This document shows positions 24,614-37,214 of a stretch of 64,000 bases of DNA, in pieces. Each line of letters begins with the position of its first letter. The stretch's first letter is position 1. Origin of the DNA: Vitrella brassicaformis CCMP3155 (Eukaryota; Protista; Chromerida). Position numbers and translations under genes: made by a program. The stretch spans positions 112,911 to 176,910 of the forward strand of contig CDMY01000179.1 of the NCBI GenBank assembly GCA_001179505.1. Reading direction: 5' to 3'. The notes beneath the pieces were generated by a model. It worked only from the letters and a program-made list of their open reading frames with translations, ran no database searches and was not told where the DNA came from.

Positions 24614-25501
24614 GGCATGTCGCCGATGAAGCACTCGTTGGTAAGGTCGTCAGCCAGTGAGTGAATGGGTGCATCTCAAATGTCTCTTGTGCGTGCTGCA
24701 TGAACAGTGTGTCATGAGTCTACGACAGAGGTGTCTGCGCACCGCCAGCGCGTCGATCGGCAACGACGGGCGGATCGTTCTCGGCGCCTCATCGATAGGT
24801 ACACGCACACCTCAGGCCCTTCGAGGACGGAAGAGGTGGAAAGGGGGAAGAAAGACGACATGAAAGAGAGAGAGACGACGAAAGGAATCGTTAGTCTCTT
24901 GTTGATTTGATTTGACTGTGTCTCTTACCAGATCGCCGCCTACATTTTATATTTCTGAGGCTCTGATCGACTTCGATGCACAGTAAGGGACGTACACGTC
25001 GATGTGAGTCTACCAACAGACATCCCGCCTCATTGGGAATCAGGCCTCCGCGTCATATGTATGTCGCCCCAGAACAGCCCTATCTCTGTCAGTGCCATGG
25101 TGCGTGGTTCTATGCAGTGCACAGCCAATGATGTGGTCAGCTTTCAGACCAGATGGACACGTGTGTCTTGTCGAAGTCTTTTATCCATCAGTGGTCGCAC
25201 GCAAACACACCGCACAAACACACCGCTGTCGGCGGCAAGCGATAAGCCCCGCTTCTCATCTTATTAGGGGGATGGCGGCTGCACAGAGACCGAAAGTGTC
25301 TCCCCAATAACAGAAAGCGAAAGTGCCCTCCCAGGGTGCTTGTCGCTGGTGCTGACTCGGGAAACGCTGGCGACTTCTCTCACAGACAGAAAAGGCCTCA
25401 AATGATGGGAGCAATCGCGATGTCGATCCATTTTCGTAATGCGAGCTCACCCAACGAAGCAGCGTGGGAGCGTAGCAGCAGCATAGATCTTGGCGAAGAC
25501 C

Positions 25502-27406
25502 ATGGCGAGCAGGCACTGGACAATCGCATACATCATCGAGAAATACGCTCGGAGACCGATTCGGTCTATCACAATGGTATGCCGACTTACGCACAGAGCC
25601 ATGCTCATGTGTGTGCATCTGTGTGTGTGCAGCGGCAGCTCATGAACATCACATCGACGGCACCGTCTGCCCTCATCAGGAACGCGGAGTGGCTGCGTGA
25701 GGAAATGGCGGTGCGGTTCGCCCATCGGCTGTGCGACTTCAACAGACAACCGCACATCGTGGCGCTCAATCCTCACATACACCAGGTGAATGACCAGACA
25801 TCGACACAGCACAGAAGACGCATGCACCTGATGAGCCTGTCTGTGTGTCTGGTTGGGTTGGCAGGTGTATGAGCTGTACACGAGTGCGTTCGAGCAGCTG
25901 GTGGAGTTTCCTCCCGTGCGTGACGAGGAGGGCGAGAGCAGCTTCACCAAGCTCATCGAGGATGTGGTGGCATCGCAGGGCAACGTGGTGGACCAGATGC
26001 GGCGGGGCGTCAAGGACCTCAAGACCATCTGCCCGGACGTCTCCAGCACACTCGACAACTTCCTCGAGAGGCTACTCGTTACCAGGATATCGAGGAGGTC
26101 AGTAAAAGAGGTCACACACAGGCAAGGACCATGATTGTTTGATGGGTGTGTGATGGTCTTGGTGGCTGTATAAAGGGTGTTGTTGGAGCATCACATCGGT
26201 CTCCACAACCCGCGGCCCGACTATGCGGGTGTGGTGCACCTCCACTGCCACCCCGTCGATGTGATAATGCACGTGGCGGAGCAGGTACGGGGCATCTGCA
26301 AGCAGACCTTCGGCCTCTCGCCACCTGTCAACATCAAAGGTGAGTCTGAATGACACGTGTTTTCGCGTCTGAATGGCGCGTATGTCTGTCAGGCAACCTC
26401 GAGACGACCTTCCCATTCATCCCCGAGCACCTCAAGATCATCCTCTACGAGATCTTGAAAAACTCAATGAGGGCGACGGTGGAGTTCTGCACTCTGGGCA
26501 ACTCACTCGGTGCGTGCGGCAGACAACACAACACACAGGAGCACCACAAAGACAAGGGAGCTATGTGCGTCTGTGGTTTGGTGTCCGTCTAGGGTCGATT
26601 CCTGTGAACGACGACGATCTGCCGCCCATCGAAATAGCCATTTTCAAGGGTCAGAAAGACGTCATCATCAAAATATCAGACAAAGGTGGGACAACTGCTG
26701 GCTGGCAAAGCGGCAGAGGCAGACAGACCACCGTGCTGTGCTGCCTCTGTCTCTCGTGTGTGTGAGCAGGTGGTGGTATCCTGCCGCAGCGGCTGCAGCG
26801 AATATGGAGCTATGGGTCAGCCATACACACACGCGCACGCACACATACACACACACACACACACTAATACAAACACACAAGGCACGGCAGCCAGCGAGCG
26901 GGCCGATGGATCTATTATCATGGCGTTTCCGTCGTGTGCTGTGCAGCTTCACCACAGTAGACGAGTCGACCGACTCGAATGCCAGCCCCAGAGAGCGCAG
27001 CAGTGAGTTGGCTGGCTACGGCTTCGGCCTGCCGCTGGCGAGGGGATACGCCAGGTACTTCGGAGGTGACATACACATACAGGTCGGTAGGATGCGATGC
27101 AGCCGTGCACGGCCCACCGACAACCACGCACGCGCACATTCAGCCATGGCCTCCTCTGTGTGTGAATGTGTGTGTGTGCAGAGCATGTTGGGCCACGGCA
27201 CTGACACGTACATCAACCTCAACCACGTGGGCGACCAGCTCGAAGCCCTCGCCGACTGGTCGGTGACGACGCCGCTTCTGCTGCAGCAGGTCGACTGCCA
27301 CGGCGGCCCGACCGCATCGGCAGACCCCAGAAAAGAGTATAGGTACATCACACCCGCTGGCTACTCACACACATCCCAACGACCGACGTCCGTGTGGAAC
27401 GGCTAG
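25502..27406 (+). CDS. Mitochondrial-type PDK/BCKDK family kinase (GHKL ATPase fold)
   Basis: Spliced product includes EWLREEMAVRFAHRL, LDNFLERLLVTRISRR, ILYEILKNSMRATVE (N box), VIIKISDKGGGI (G1) and ELAGYGFGLPLARGYARYFGG (G2). An additional 5' exon is possible. Confidence 0.9.
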
Positions 27407-28021
27407 ACAGACAGACAGACAGATGGCTGTTGGTGAGTGGATTGGATGTGTGTGTGGACTCACTCACTACAGACATGGATAGATACGTACGGGTGTGTAT
27501 GGTGTGTCGGGGAGCCACGTGCTTTTTCTGCGGGGCGTTCGGGTGCGGTGTGTGCAGTGTCATCTGCCATGTCGTATGTATGATTGATGTGATGTGATAA
27601 TTGTATGTACAGTCAGTTCACACAGGAAGAATCGATCTAGCTATCGCGGGTTGGTTGTTTCGTGTTGTTTGTTGCCGTCACTCGTCCGTCATCGGTGTGG
27701 CTGTGGCTGTAGCATATATGGATGGATGTGTACGCGTACGCTGGCTGTGGCCGGCATGCAATGCAGTGCGTGGCATTTACGTGTGTGTGTGGTGGCGCGG
27801 GGATTCCGATGAATGAATGGACTGTTCGCACATCGATGGATGAGCCAATCGAATTAATGTCCAGAGAGTCAGATCGACAGCGGTGAGCCAAAAAAGCACT
27901 GTAGCCCAGGCAAAGCCCTTACTGTCTATCGCCCCACACCACACACACGCACAGGAGAAAATCAGCGGACCACCCCATCGATATGCCGCCTCACACCCCA
28001 TCACATCCATCATCTGTCGCA

Positions 28022-29536
28022 TCATGGTTTGTAGAGGTCCGGTCTGCGGTGCTCACAGACGGGCATCTTCATCCTCACCCCAGCCAATATGGCCGCGTCC
28101 ACCTCAGCCACCCCCAGCCTGCCCACCGACCCATCGCTGTTCGGTCCCAGCTCGCCGCCGCCACAGTCCACCAACACCTCTCCTGACACGACACACCATA
28201 CTCACGGTGCAAAGCTCAGCTGCACTCCGATGCATCTCTGTGTGTGTGTGTGTGTGTGTGTGTGTTGCTTACTTACCCCATGGATTGATGATAACTGCAT
28301 GGCCGTAGGAGTGCCGCTTGTCATTGTGCTTGCCACCCTGACCACACACCAGGCAGGCCATCGATGCATGGGAATGCACTTGGAAGTGCGGCGTCCATCT
28401 CACCTGTGCTGCCGCGATGACATAGCACTGCGTCTCGATGGCCCTCGCACGAAGCAGCGGCTCCCAGTGAGCCAATCCTACATACGAAACCCGCTGTAAG
28501 CTAAGCGACCGTTTCCATGCGTCTTGCGTGCCCTCCCTCCCTCCCTGAGGTGACCTGTGCGGAACGTGAATGCTGAGGGCACCAGCAGCACGTCGGCGCC
28601 GCGCAGTCGCAGGGCCGAGTACAACTCGGGAAACCTGCAGCCAGGAAGATACATACATACGATCCAGTGGAAGGCGTCAATGGCTGCACCTCTCTCTCTC
28701 AGATGCGACTGACTCACCTGAGGTCATAGCAGACGCTCAGCCCCAGCTGGCCTGCAGGCGACTCAGCCACCACCACCTCCCCCCCGGCCTCAGTGAAGGA
28801 CGACTCTCGGAACTCCTGGGGATAGTTGACGTCGAACAGGTGGATCTTCCGATACACAGACACAATCTTGCCGTCGCTGTCGACGATGACGTGTGTGTTG
28901 AAGAGCTTGTTCGGGTCGGATGGGTTTCGCTCCTGGAAGCCGCCGTATGACACCCACATGCTGTATTTCTTGGCCAGGTCGCAGTAGCGGGTGAAGAGGG
29001 GGCCATCCAGGGGCTCGGCTATCTTGAGGGACTGGTGGAAGGACTCGCCAAGGAATGCAAAGGTCTCGGGAAAGAAGACCATTGCACAGGAGCGCTCCTT
29101 GGCCACCTGGAGAAGCCTCTCCGCCTCCTGTCGACACCGCACGACACACATGACATGAAAGTGAAGGGGCACGAGTGAAGGGTCCAGTGCAGTGCATGTG
29201 CACCCCATGATCTCTCGCCTGGAAGTTCTTCTCGATATCGGTGGTGGATGTGAGCTGCGCGACGCCAACGACGCATGAACTGCCGCCATCTGAGACTCTT
29301 TCGCCTCTATAGCCATCTGAGACTCTTTCGCCTCTATAGCCATCTGAGACCCTCATCCTCTCAACACAGCGGGAGAAGGGCCGCCGCTGATGCTGCTGCT
29401 GGTCTGTTCTCCGCGCACTGCCAGCGTGTGCGAGGTTGAATGCTGATGCGGATGCTGATGAGTGGCTGACGAGGCAGAGGTTGGCGAAGAGCGCGGCTGC
29501 GGTTCTTTGCTGACGCCACACGAGGGACAATTGCAT
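28022..29536 (-). CDS. NIT1: NIT1-type nitrilase-family amidase (deaminated glutathione amidase-like) with bipartite-like presequence
   Basis: Catalytic triad motifs [12 protein letters not shown] and CYDLRFPE; also [35 protein letters not shown] and C-terminal [17 protein letters not shown]-terminus has a hydrophobic stretch plus SASASAF. Confidence 0.9.
29285..29350. repeat. 27-nt tandem repeat (about 2.4 copies) inside the nitrilase presequence
   Basis: Unit GCCATCTGAGACTCTTTCGCCTCTATA; encodes RVSDGYRGE repeats on the minus strand. Confidence 0.9.
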
Positions 29537-29605
29537 ACGGCGTCAGCGGTCCGCCGGACTCATAAAACCCAGTCCTCGAAGCGCAGATCTTTCGGCGATC
29601 TGCAA

Positions 29606-29617
29606 GCTAAGCTCGCA
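29606..29617 (+). promoter_or_regulatory. Candidate bidirectional-promoter motif GCTAAGCTCGCA (nitrilase/DUF192 interval)
   Basis: Exact 12-mer in a roughly 185-bp divergent interval; recurs at 37160 and (reverse) at 41191. Confidence 0.55.
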
Positions 29618-29721
29618 GGGGACCGTGAAGAAACGACGAAACAAGAACGAACAGTCAAACACGGCAAGGTCGGAATAAGGTGTCCTGCAATAATGGCCTC
29701 TGAAATCGTCTTCTGTAATGC

Positions 29722-30476
29722 ATGTGTGTGGCTATGACAGCCATGGTCGTGAGCATCGCAGCCGCCCTTCTGCTGGCCCTTGACGCGGCCCACGTCGCCT
29801 CTGCAATGGTCCACGCACGGAGGGACGAGCCCGTAACACGGCTATCGACAGAATTCGTCAAGGGATACCGAAAAGACGTAAGCCCCGAACGATATATGTC
29901 AAACCCGCACCGGCCCGCACCCGCACCCAGTGCAGTGTGTCCGTCCGTCCGTCCGTCAGCTGACCGTGTCAGTCTTCGACGGCAAGGCCCAGCAGCAGCA
30001 GCAGCAGCAGCATCTCAAGTACAGGGGTAGTAGCATCATAGTGCCGAGGAGTTATGAGGAGTACATGACGGGCCTGATGCACAAGCGGGATCGGTGCGGC
30101 GAGTGTGGGATGGTGTTTATCTACAGGCAGGACGGGACGCTGTCCTTCATCATGGACAACACCCACATCGACTTGGTATGGTACGCACATCTCATCTGCA
30201 ATGGCTATGAGTCCGTTCGGCCCCTTCTCTAGGACATGGTGTTTGTCAACAGTGACAACGTGATTGTCGATATCCAGTAAGAACGAAAGGAAGAACGAGG
30301 GGAGACAGACAGCACTCACTGATTATGATGATGTGTGTGTGTGTGCAGGCCCGCCAAGGCGCGGCAGGACGGAGTCATCTCGTCAACACGGCCTGCCAGC
30401 TACAACATCGAGCTCATGGTCGGCCGATGGATGGCTCCTCTGTCAGTCAGTGCATGTGTGTTGTGTGCCCGGTGGC

Positions 30477-30507
<31 letters not shown>

Positions 30508-30636
30508 GGCGGCGTGTGCCGAGAGAGGGGTATTCAGGTGGGCGACAGGGTGCACTTCGATTGGCACATCCCATGCAGTGACTCCCGTGGCAATGGCAAT
30601 GACGCCAGTGGAGAAGAGGTGTGTTTCAAGGCGTAA
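29722..30636 (+). CDS. DUF192 (UPF0127)-like protein with signal peptide
   Basis: Spliced product has MTGLMHK..GMVFIY..SFIMDNTHIDLDMVFV..IVDI..STRPASYNIEL..GIQVGDRVHF, matching the DUF192 pattern as recalled. Hydrophobic N-terminus VVSIAAALLLALDAA. Confidence 0.7.
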
Positions 30637-33600
30637 TTGACGATGCTCGTCTCGTCGGTGCGTGTGTCGGTGTGACAGTCAGTATACAGACCTTTCTTCT
30701 GTGCGCATGACATGAACGGCTCTCTCTCTGTGTGTGTGTGTCGTGAATGCGTCACCTCTTCATTCACGTCTCCCTGTTTGCTTGCAGTGATAAGTCACGA
30801 ACGTACCTACGCCACCTACGCACCAACGCCTTATCAATCCTTTCTTGCTCTCGCCAGCCAGACAGCCAGCCAGCCAGCCTGTCGTCTCCCTCTCTCTCCG
30901 TGTCTCGGACGGCAATCGGCAACGCGCAGCCTCCACTGCTGGTGTGCAGCAATAGGGCCTCACCTTGCCGACAGCCGTACAACACACAGAGACAGAGTAC
31001 GACAGCAGACAGGTCGACACACAACAAAGAGTGAGTCACGTCATGCCATGCCACGCCCAACATCAGGCACACACACGTCAGCTTAGGAGGCCCTAGAAAT
31101 GTCGATCGAATGGAAGGAAGAGGCAGCCAGGCAAGTGGGTGAATGAGTGAATGAGGGCGCCGGCGCATGACAGCACACCATGAGCATGGGCATGAGGATG
31201 ACCATGGATGGATGCTGCGAGTGAGTCGAGGACGCGCAGCCTGCCTGTCGCACTCAAATCAGGTGGTGCGACGGCAGACAGGCGACGGTCGCTCGGGAAA
31301 ACTCTAGCGCACGACGCGACGCGCACACACAAACGACCGACCATGCCTCTCTCTTATTCTCGTTGTCTTCCTTCTTTCATGTCATGCGGCTGAAAAATCC
31401 GCCCGCCTCCCGGCCCCCAACACAACAAAACCCAACAAGCCCACCAGGTGTCATGCCATGTCATGTGATGGATGCCATGAAATGTATGTCATCGTTGTCA
31501 CAAAGAGGGTATGGTGTAGCTAGACGAAGAAGAAAGGGCTTACGATTAGATTGCGCACATGACATGAAACTGCGTCACAGCCATGCATGAGTAAGTGAGC
31601 GAGCAAGCACACACAGACAGACAGACAGCAAGTGAGAGAAGGAAGAGACTGACTGGTCAGTCAGTCGACTATCGATGGTGTGGATGGATGGATAGATGGA
31701 TGGAATGACATGCATGGAATGGATGGATCAAAAAAGGGCTCTCAAGTCATTGGAAGCCCGGCTGCGCGTGCGCATCTTTCCTCTGTGCACCATCACCCAT
31801 CCTGCGCCAGTGACCAGCAGCCCCCTCTGGTGAGAGCAGCTGCCACTGACGCCAAGATGGGCAATGGCGCACGAGAGGTAGATCGACACGCAACAACCAC
31901 TCACAGCCAACAGTCAAGGCCATTCAGGCAGGAACACTCAAACCTCTCATCTCCGCCTGTCTTTCGCTTCATGTGCCGGGTCTCTCTGTGCCGGTCGCCT
32001 CCTCCAACTCAACCTCATCTGATCACGATGGTGTCACGTGACCAGCCAGAGGATGGGCTGACGGGAATGATGGACACAGAGAGACGCACAAAGCGATTGC
32101 TGCAAAACCCTCACTCAAGAGGGGCAAAATGACACCATTTCCACCACCACCACCAGCACCACCACCACCCCATCAGCCAGCAGACGACGACCCGACCACT
32201 CGACAAGACGACAGACGACGCACGACGCACGACACACGACAACACACGACCGACCGACGACCGACAGCCAGACCCCCTCACCTCACCCAGCCCACTTCCC
32301 CCATCCATCCCATCAGAGTGAACGCTGTCCGCGTTGGCTGTAACTAACGAGTGATGCACACCACACACCTGCCATACGACCACACACCACATCACCACGC
32401 CGGCCGCACCACACCAAACATGCATGCCACACACAACACAACACAGACAGACACAGGGAGATAGAAATATAAAGCCGGTCGGTCACACACCAGACCACCC
32501 TCCCGCGCAAAGAAGAAAGGAAGAAGGCAGGCAACGGGGCTCACTCGACAGGCGAACCACAGGCGCCGCGATTGAATTTCCCGCCTGCCTGCCTGTGCCA
32601 CTCCACCCAGCAACCTGCTCTGATGCAATGCCGTCACACAACACCAGAGGCCGTTGCCGGGAGGAATGGCAGGCAGGCTGGCGGCAAAACAATCGCAGCC
32701 CATGATAGAACCGATGCTCGTTGTCGGCCTGCCTGTCTGGTTGCATCTGTCCATTCAAAAATCACTTGTAGAGTCTTTCTCTCTCAGAATGAGCCAGGGG
32801 AGGGGAAAGGAACAAGCGATCCAACCAACAGGCACACAGGACAATGAAGAGAGGCTAGAGAGAAGGGCTGGGGGTGGGCCGGGGGCGGGTGGGGTGGCGC
32901 TTAAAGGAAGAAAGATGCTCGCCACGCACAGGGTGGACGCGCCGACAACAAATAGATAGATAGGTCAAGAAAGAAAGACGTGAGCGACCAACAAGGCAAC
33001 TGACTAAACCAGCAATCAATCAATCAATCCATCCACACAAACACACAGGCAGGTCGCGTCCTCCACGCCTCACCTCGCACCACACAGACACGCGCACACA
33101 CACACACTTTTCTGTCTTTCCTCCGCTGCGCTCACACCCGTCGTCTCGCGTTTCCCGACGGGCAAATCATAGCTCTCCCCTCTCAGCCAGTAGCCAGCCC
33201 ACCAGGCGCACACACACGTCCACGCAGCACATGCACACATTTTCACGCATATGCACACATAACATACACAGATGGTCTCAACTCGCAGCCACATGGTGGC
33301 CCGAGGATCGAAAAAAGGGCTGCATTTCTGCATCCATACTGCTTTCCTTGATGCATCTGAGCAGCCCTGCCCACGCCACACCCGCCACACCCACACGCAT
33401 ATGCACCACTTCACTCCATCACAGACACCCACCGATCCCAGCCATCCGGCCGCCCAAATGGAGCGAGCGGACCAGACAGAGAGACCGACGGGCAGACGGC
33501 GGCAGTGCACTGCGGCAGGAGCAGGTAGGTCAGTTGGCGGGGCCCTTGAAAATTGCGCCTGCGAAAAACGCCTGGGAAGGGGAGGGAGGGGGTGGATATG

Positions 33601-34380
33601 TATTGATATGTATCGGTATGGGCAGCCATCCATCCATCCATCCATCCAGGCAGGCAGGCAGGCACCAGGCTACTGGCGCTGGACGACACGACACACACAC
33701 ACATGAAGGCATGTAGAGAGAGAGAGAGATGAAGTAAGTGCGTGCGATGAATGCGATGGATGTCGGTATGGCTTATGGATCCCTCAGGAAGAGAGCGAGG
33801 GCCAGGAAAAAGACGCACGGCTTTGTGGGGGAATCAGCCGGCCGGAGCAACCAGACATACACACGGACACGCAGGCAGCCACACAGACAGACAGACAGAC
33901 AGACAGGCAGACAGACAGCAGGGCGGTCACACACCCTCCGAACAAAGTGGAGGTGCGACGCGCCCGCCCGACAGTCACTCACAGAGGAAGCCATTGCAGC
34001 ACCATAGGAATCACAGACAGACAGACAGACAGCCAGACGGACGGCCAGACAGGCGGACGATACAAATTAGCACCGCAGCGTACCACTCACACAACACAGC
34101 ACAAGCAAGCAGACAGACAGACAGACGGACGGAAGGCCCCCACACTGCTGTTTGTTCTCAGTTACCTGGCTTAGTATCTATCGCCAGCCAAAGTGAGTAG
34201 TGAGTAGCGTAGCAGCCGAACCAGCCCAGCCCCCTCTCTCACCCCATCCCTCACCCTTCCCACCCCCCCACCATGAGCACGGACGCACGGACGCGACAGT
34301 CCCCCCCTCTGTGAGGCATCGTCACGCCTCAGCAAGTAGGTCGAAAAAAGCGGGATAGAGACCATCCATCCATCCATCCA

Positions 34381-37048
34381 TTACGCCATGTTTGGCATGA
34401 GCGGTGGTTGGTGCTGCCCGACGCGGCAGTCGGCCTGCCACTGGCAGTAGCCGCACCCACACGACTCGCCGCCGCACCGGCCGTAGAAGTCGTCCTCACC
34501 GCCCAGGCCTGGGCGGCCAACACTGCCACCGCCACCGCCACCAGCACGGCGCTTCCTGCACCAAACCAACACACGTAGAGAGACTGCCTGCGCGAATGGT
34601 GGCGCGAGTGAATGGCGCGGCGGCTCACTGACCGTTTGCTGGCCTCTGCCATCTCTCTGAGCTGCTGCTGCTTGTTCTGTTTCTGCCGCAGGAACCGCTC
34701 CGAGATGGCGACGGCCTCATTCCAGAGGCCGCAGTGGACGGCCATGCGCAGCAGCTGCGGGATGGTGGCGCACTTGAGGCGCGCGATACTACCGACACTG
34801 ATGTGATGACAGACGCAACGGATCACACACATAGACAGACACATGAATGTGTGTGTGGTGGGTGGCTGGTGTCTGTGTGTGGGGAAGGGACTGACTGACT
34901 GACTGACTGACCTGCTCTTGAGGTTCTTGCAGGTCCGCAGCTTGTCGCTGATGAGCGCCTTCAGCTCCGCCCTTCCCTGCTCACCCTACACACAACACAA
35001 CACACATGACATCCATCACACCCACAAGTGTGTGAAGTGCCGCTTGCCCATTTCTAGTGTCGTCCGTCCCACTCACTCACCAGTGGCAGCTTCATATTCT
35101 CCTGGTAGGTCACAGTGCCCGTCGAGTCAGACACACACGGCGTCGCCACGGGCGGTGCCATCCCCATACCAACACCGCCCACACCCACACCCACGCTCAT
35201 ATGCATGTCGCCGGCGTGTGTGGTGGTGGCGTGCGATGCCGCCAGCACCGGCGCGCCAAACACACCCGACTGAGGCCGCACCTGGCGGCCCGCTGCGATG
35301 GGCGAGAAGGAAGACGGCGGGTGGGACATGACGAATGGCGCCCGGCTGGGCGCCTGTGGCGAGAATGGTGGCGTGTTGCTGGAAGGGCTGTAGCTGCCTG
35401 ACGGGCTGGCGGGTGCGATGGGCGGGAGGAAGAATGGCGACTGGTTGTGGGTGCTGGTGTGGTTGTGGGTGCGGGGGAGTGTGTGCGGTGTGTAGGGTGC
35501 CACAGGCTGGTAGGGGAAGTGGTGGGGGATGGGGTGGGGCAGCGGAGGGGCAGCCGCCCAGGTCGGCGTGGTGTACTGCACCTGGCTGCAGCCATATATC
35601 CACAACGCAAGGAGAGCGAGACAAGGACAGGACAGGACCGATGTGTGTGATGTGGTTCTGTACGTCAGTTCTTTTGGTCTGTGTTTCGCATCTGGTCTCA
35701 TCTCACCTGGCAGGTTGTGAGGGTGAGGAGGATCCCCCTCTGTCGGATCCCCCGTCGCTGCTCTCACTCTTGACCCGACCACCGCTGGAGTCCAGCCCCT
35801 GTGCAGGGGCAGCACCCACCCCCACCCCGCCCCACGCCTTGCCGGTCTCGTCTATCACCTTCTCCAGAATGCCGCGCAAGATCTCGCACTCCTCCTCGCA
35901 CACACGACGCTTCTTGGCCGCAGACGGACCCCCTCCGAGCTCACTGCTGCTGCCACTGGTGGTGGTGGTGGTGCCCTTCTCGGTTTTGATGGCCTCCCTC
36001 TCGCGCTTCCGGTTGACGGCCTGCTCCTCGGAGCCCAGCACATCAAGCCATGACCGCTGCTCCGACGTGGTGGAGAGGTTGGACTCCTTCTTGGGGACGG
36101 CGAGGGGGAAGAGGGCCGAGAGGGTGGTGGTGGTGGTGGGCGGCGCTGGGGGGAGTGTGTGCTTGATGCGATTGGTGAGGAACGTCTCGTTGCCGGTGGC
36201 CATGGCGTCGATAAACGAGTTGCTCTCGAACTCGGTGATGTCGAAATCCAAATCGTAGCCGAAACTGTCACACACACACACACACACAACACACAACACA
36301 ATATCACCACAATCACACATCGTGAGAACACCTTGTCCCTCTTCTCCCGTGCTACGCTACCTGCCGTTGGAGATGCGCCTGTCGATGTCGAGGCCGTGGG
36401 CGTCGCACTTGACCACCGAGGGGTCGTGTGTGTTGTCGTCGGTCATGCGGGAGTCGGCCGACGAGAGTGCCGGTGAGGCGGTGAGGGGGGCGTTGGCCGA
36501 CTCGTTGGCCATCTGGCTGTGGTGCACCTGCACCGCGACGCTCCTGAACACCAGAGACACAGTGAGACATGCTGCCACTGCTCACCAACTCCTTGCTGGA
36601 GGGCTCCTTCGCCTACCAGTGGCCGGAGGCGTGGGCGATTTTGAGCAGCTCAGCGGTCGAGCTGCGGAAGAGGACCTGCAGGAACCGTCCACAGCAGCAA
36701 AGTGACCCTCACAAGTGCCCGAGACAGAATGTGCAAAGCCACGGCGCACTCACCACCCAGATCTTTCTCGCCTGGCTGCCCTGCCCTCTCTCTGCCCGCC
36801 CTCCCCTGCCCTCCCACCTGCTGCAGGTTGTCGACGGTGGAGAGGTAGTCGTTGGTGGATGCCGCCGACAGCAGAAAGTCGATGAGCACGAACTTGCCAG
36901 CCGTGCCCAGAGACAGATCAATGCCGTCCTTGTAGTCGTGCTTGTCTGTGCATTGTGGCACCGCACACACGAGCGGCGGGGTGGTGCCTGGCGTGGATGG
37001 GGTGGTTGATTCGGTGACGGTGGGTGCTGAGCCTTCACAGGCGGGCAT
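34381..37048 (-). CDS. Hypothetical, largely disordered protein with basic NLS-like motifs and a compact helical C-terminal segment
   Basis: Seven to eight phase-compatible exons; AKKRR and KRKRR motifs; C-terminal RAELKALISDKLRTCKNLKSSVGSIARLKCATIPQLLRMAVHCGLW; stop at 34381-34383. Confidence 0.6.
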
Positions 37049-37159
37049 GAAAACACCGACAGAGAGATGCGCTGGTGAGTCCAGGGGTGGGAGATCCGCG
37101 ACGCAGGGATGCTAAGGAGCAGCAGGAGAGGCGCACACAGAGAGAGTTTGCCTTTTAAG

Positions 37160-37186
37160 GCTAAGCTCGCAAAGACTTGCGAGCTT
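37160..37186. promoter_or_regulatory. GCTAAGCTCGCA plus an inverted second core, forming a 10-bp stem with a 4-nt loop
   Basis: AAGCTCGCAA-AGAC-TTGCGAGCTT (37163-37186) in the 37048/37215 divergent interval. Confidence 0.55.
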
Positions 37187-37214
37187 CGGGGAATGACAGC
37201 GTTTGCCTCCCCCG

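Larger units (their letters stand above)
10646..24952 (+). repeat. Seven dispersed copies of a 21-nt motif ATCGCTGCCTACATTTTATAT (paralogous exon start or cis-element)
   Basis: Copies start at 10646, 15153, 18912, 19629, 21172, 21949 and 24932. CATTTTATAT is invariant and always 11 nt after the start. Four copies directly follow a CAG acceptor and a fifth lies 4 nt after one. Confidence 0.85.

Noticed and set aside
17538-29536. HIT domain near NIT1, recalling the NitFhit fusion
   Set aside because: 10 kb apart, on opposite strands, with unrelated genes between; the motif is HINT3/aprataxin-like rather than Fhit-like.
30700-34300. Many short ORFs and a possible small gene near 31855-32350
   Set aside because: Dominated by microsatellites and low-complexity sequence; no consistent codon bias or splice chain; probably UTR or intergenic.
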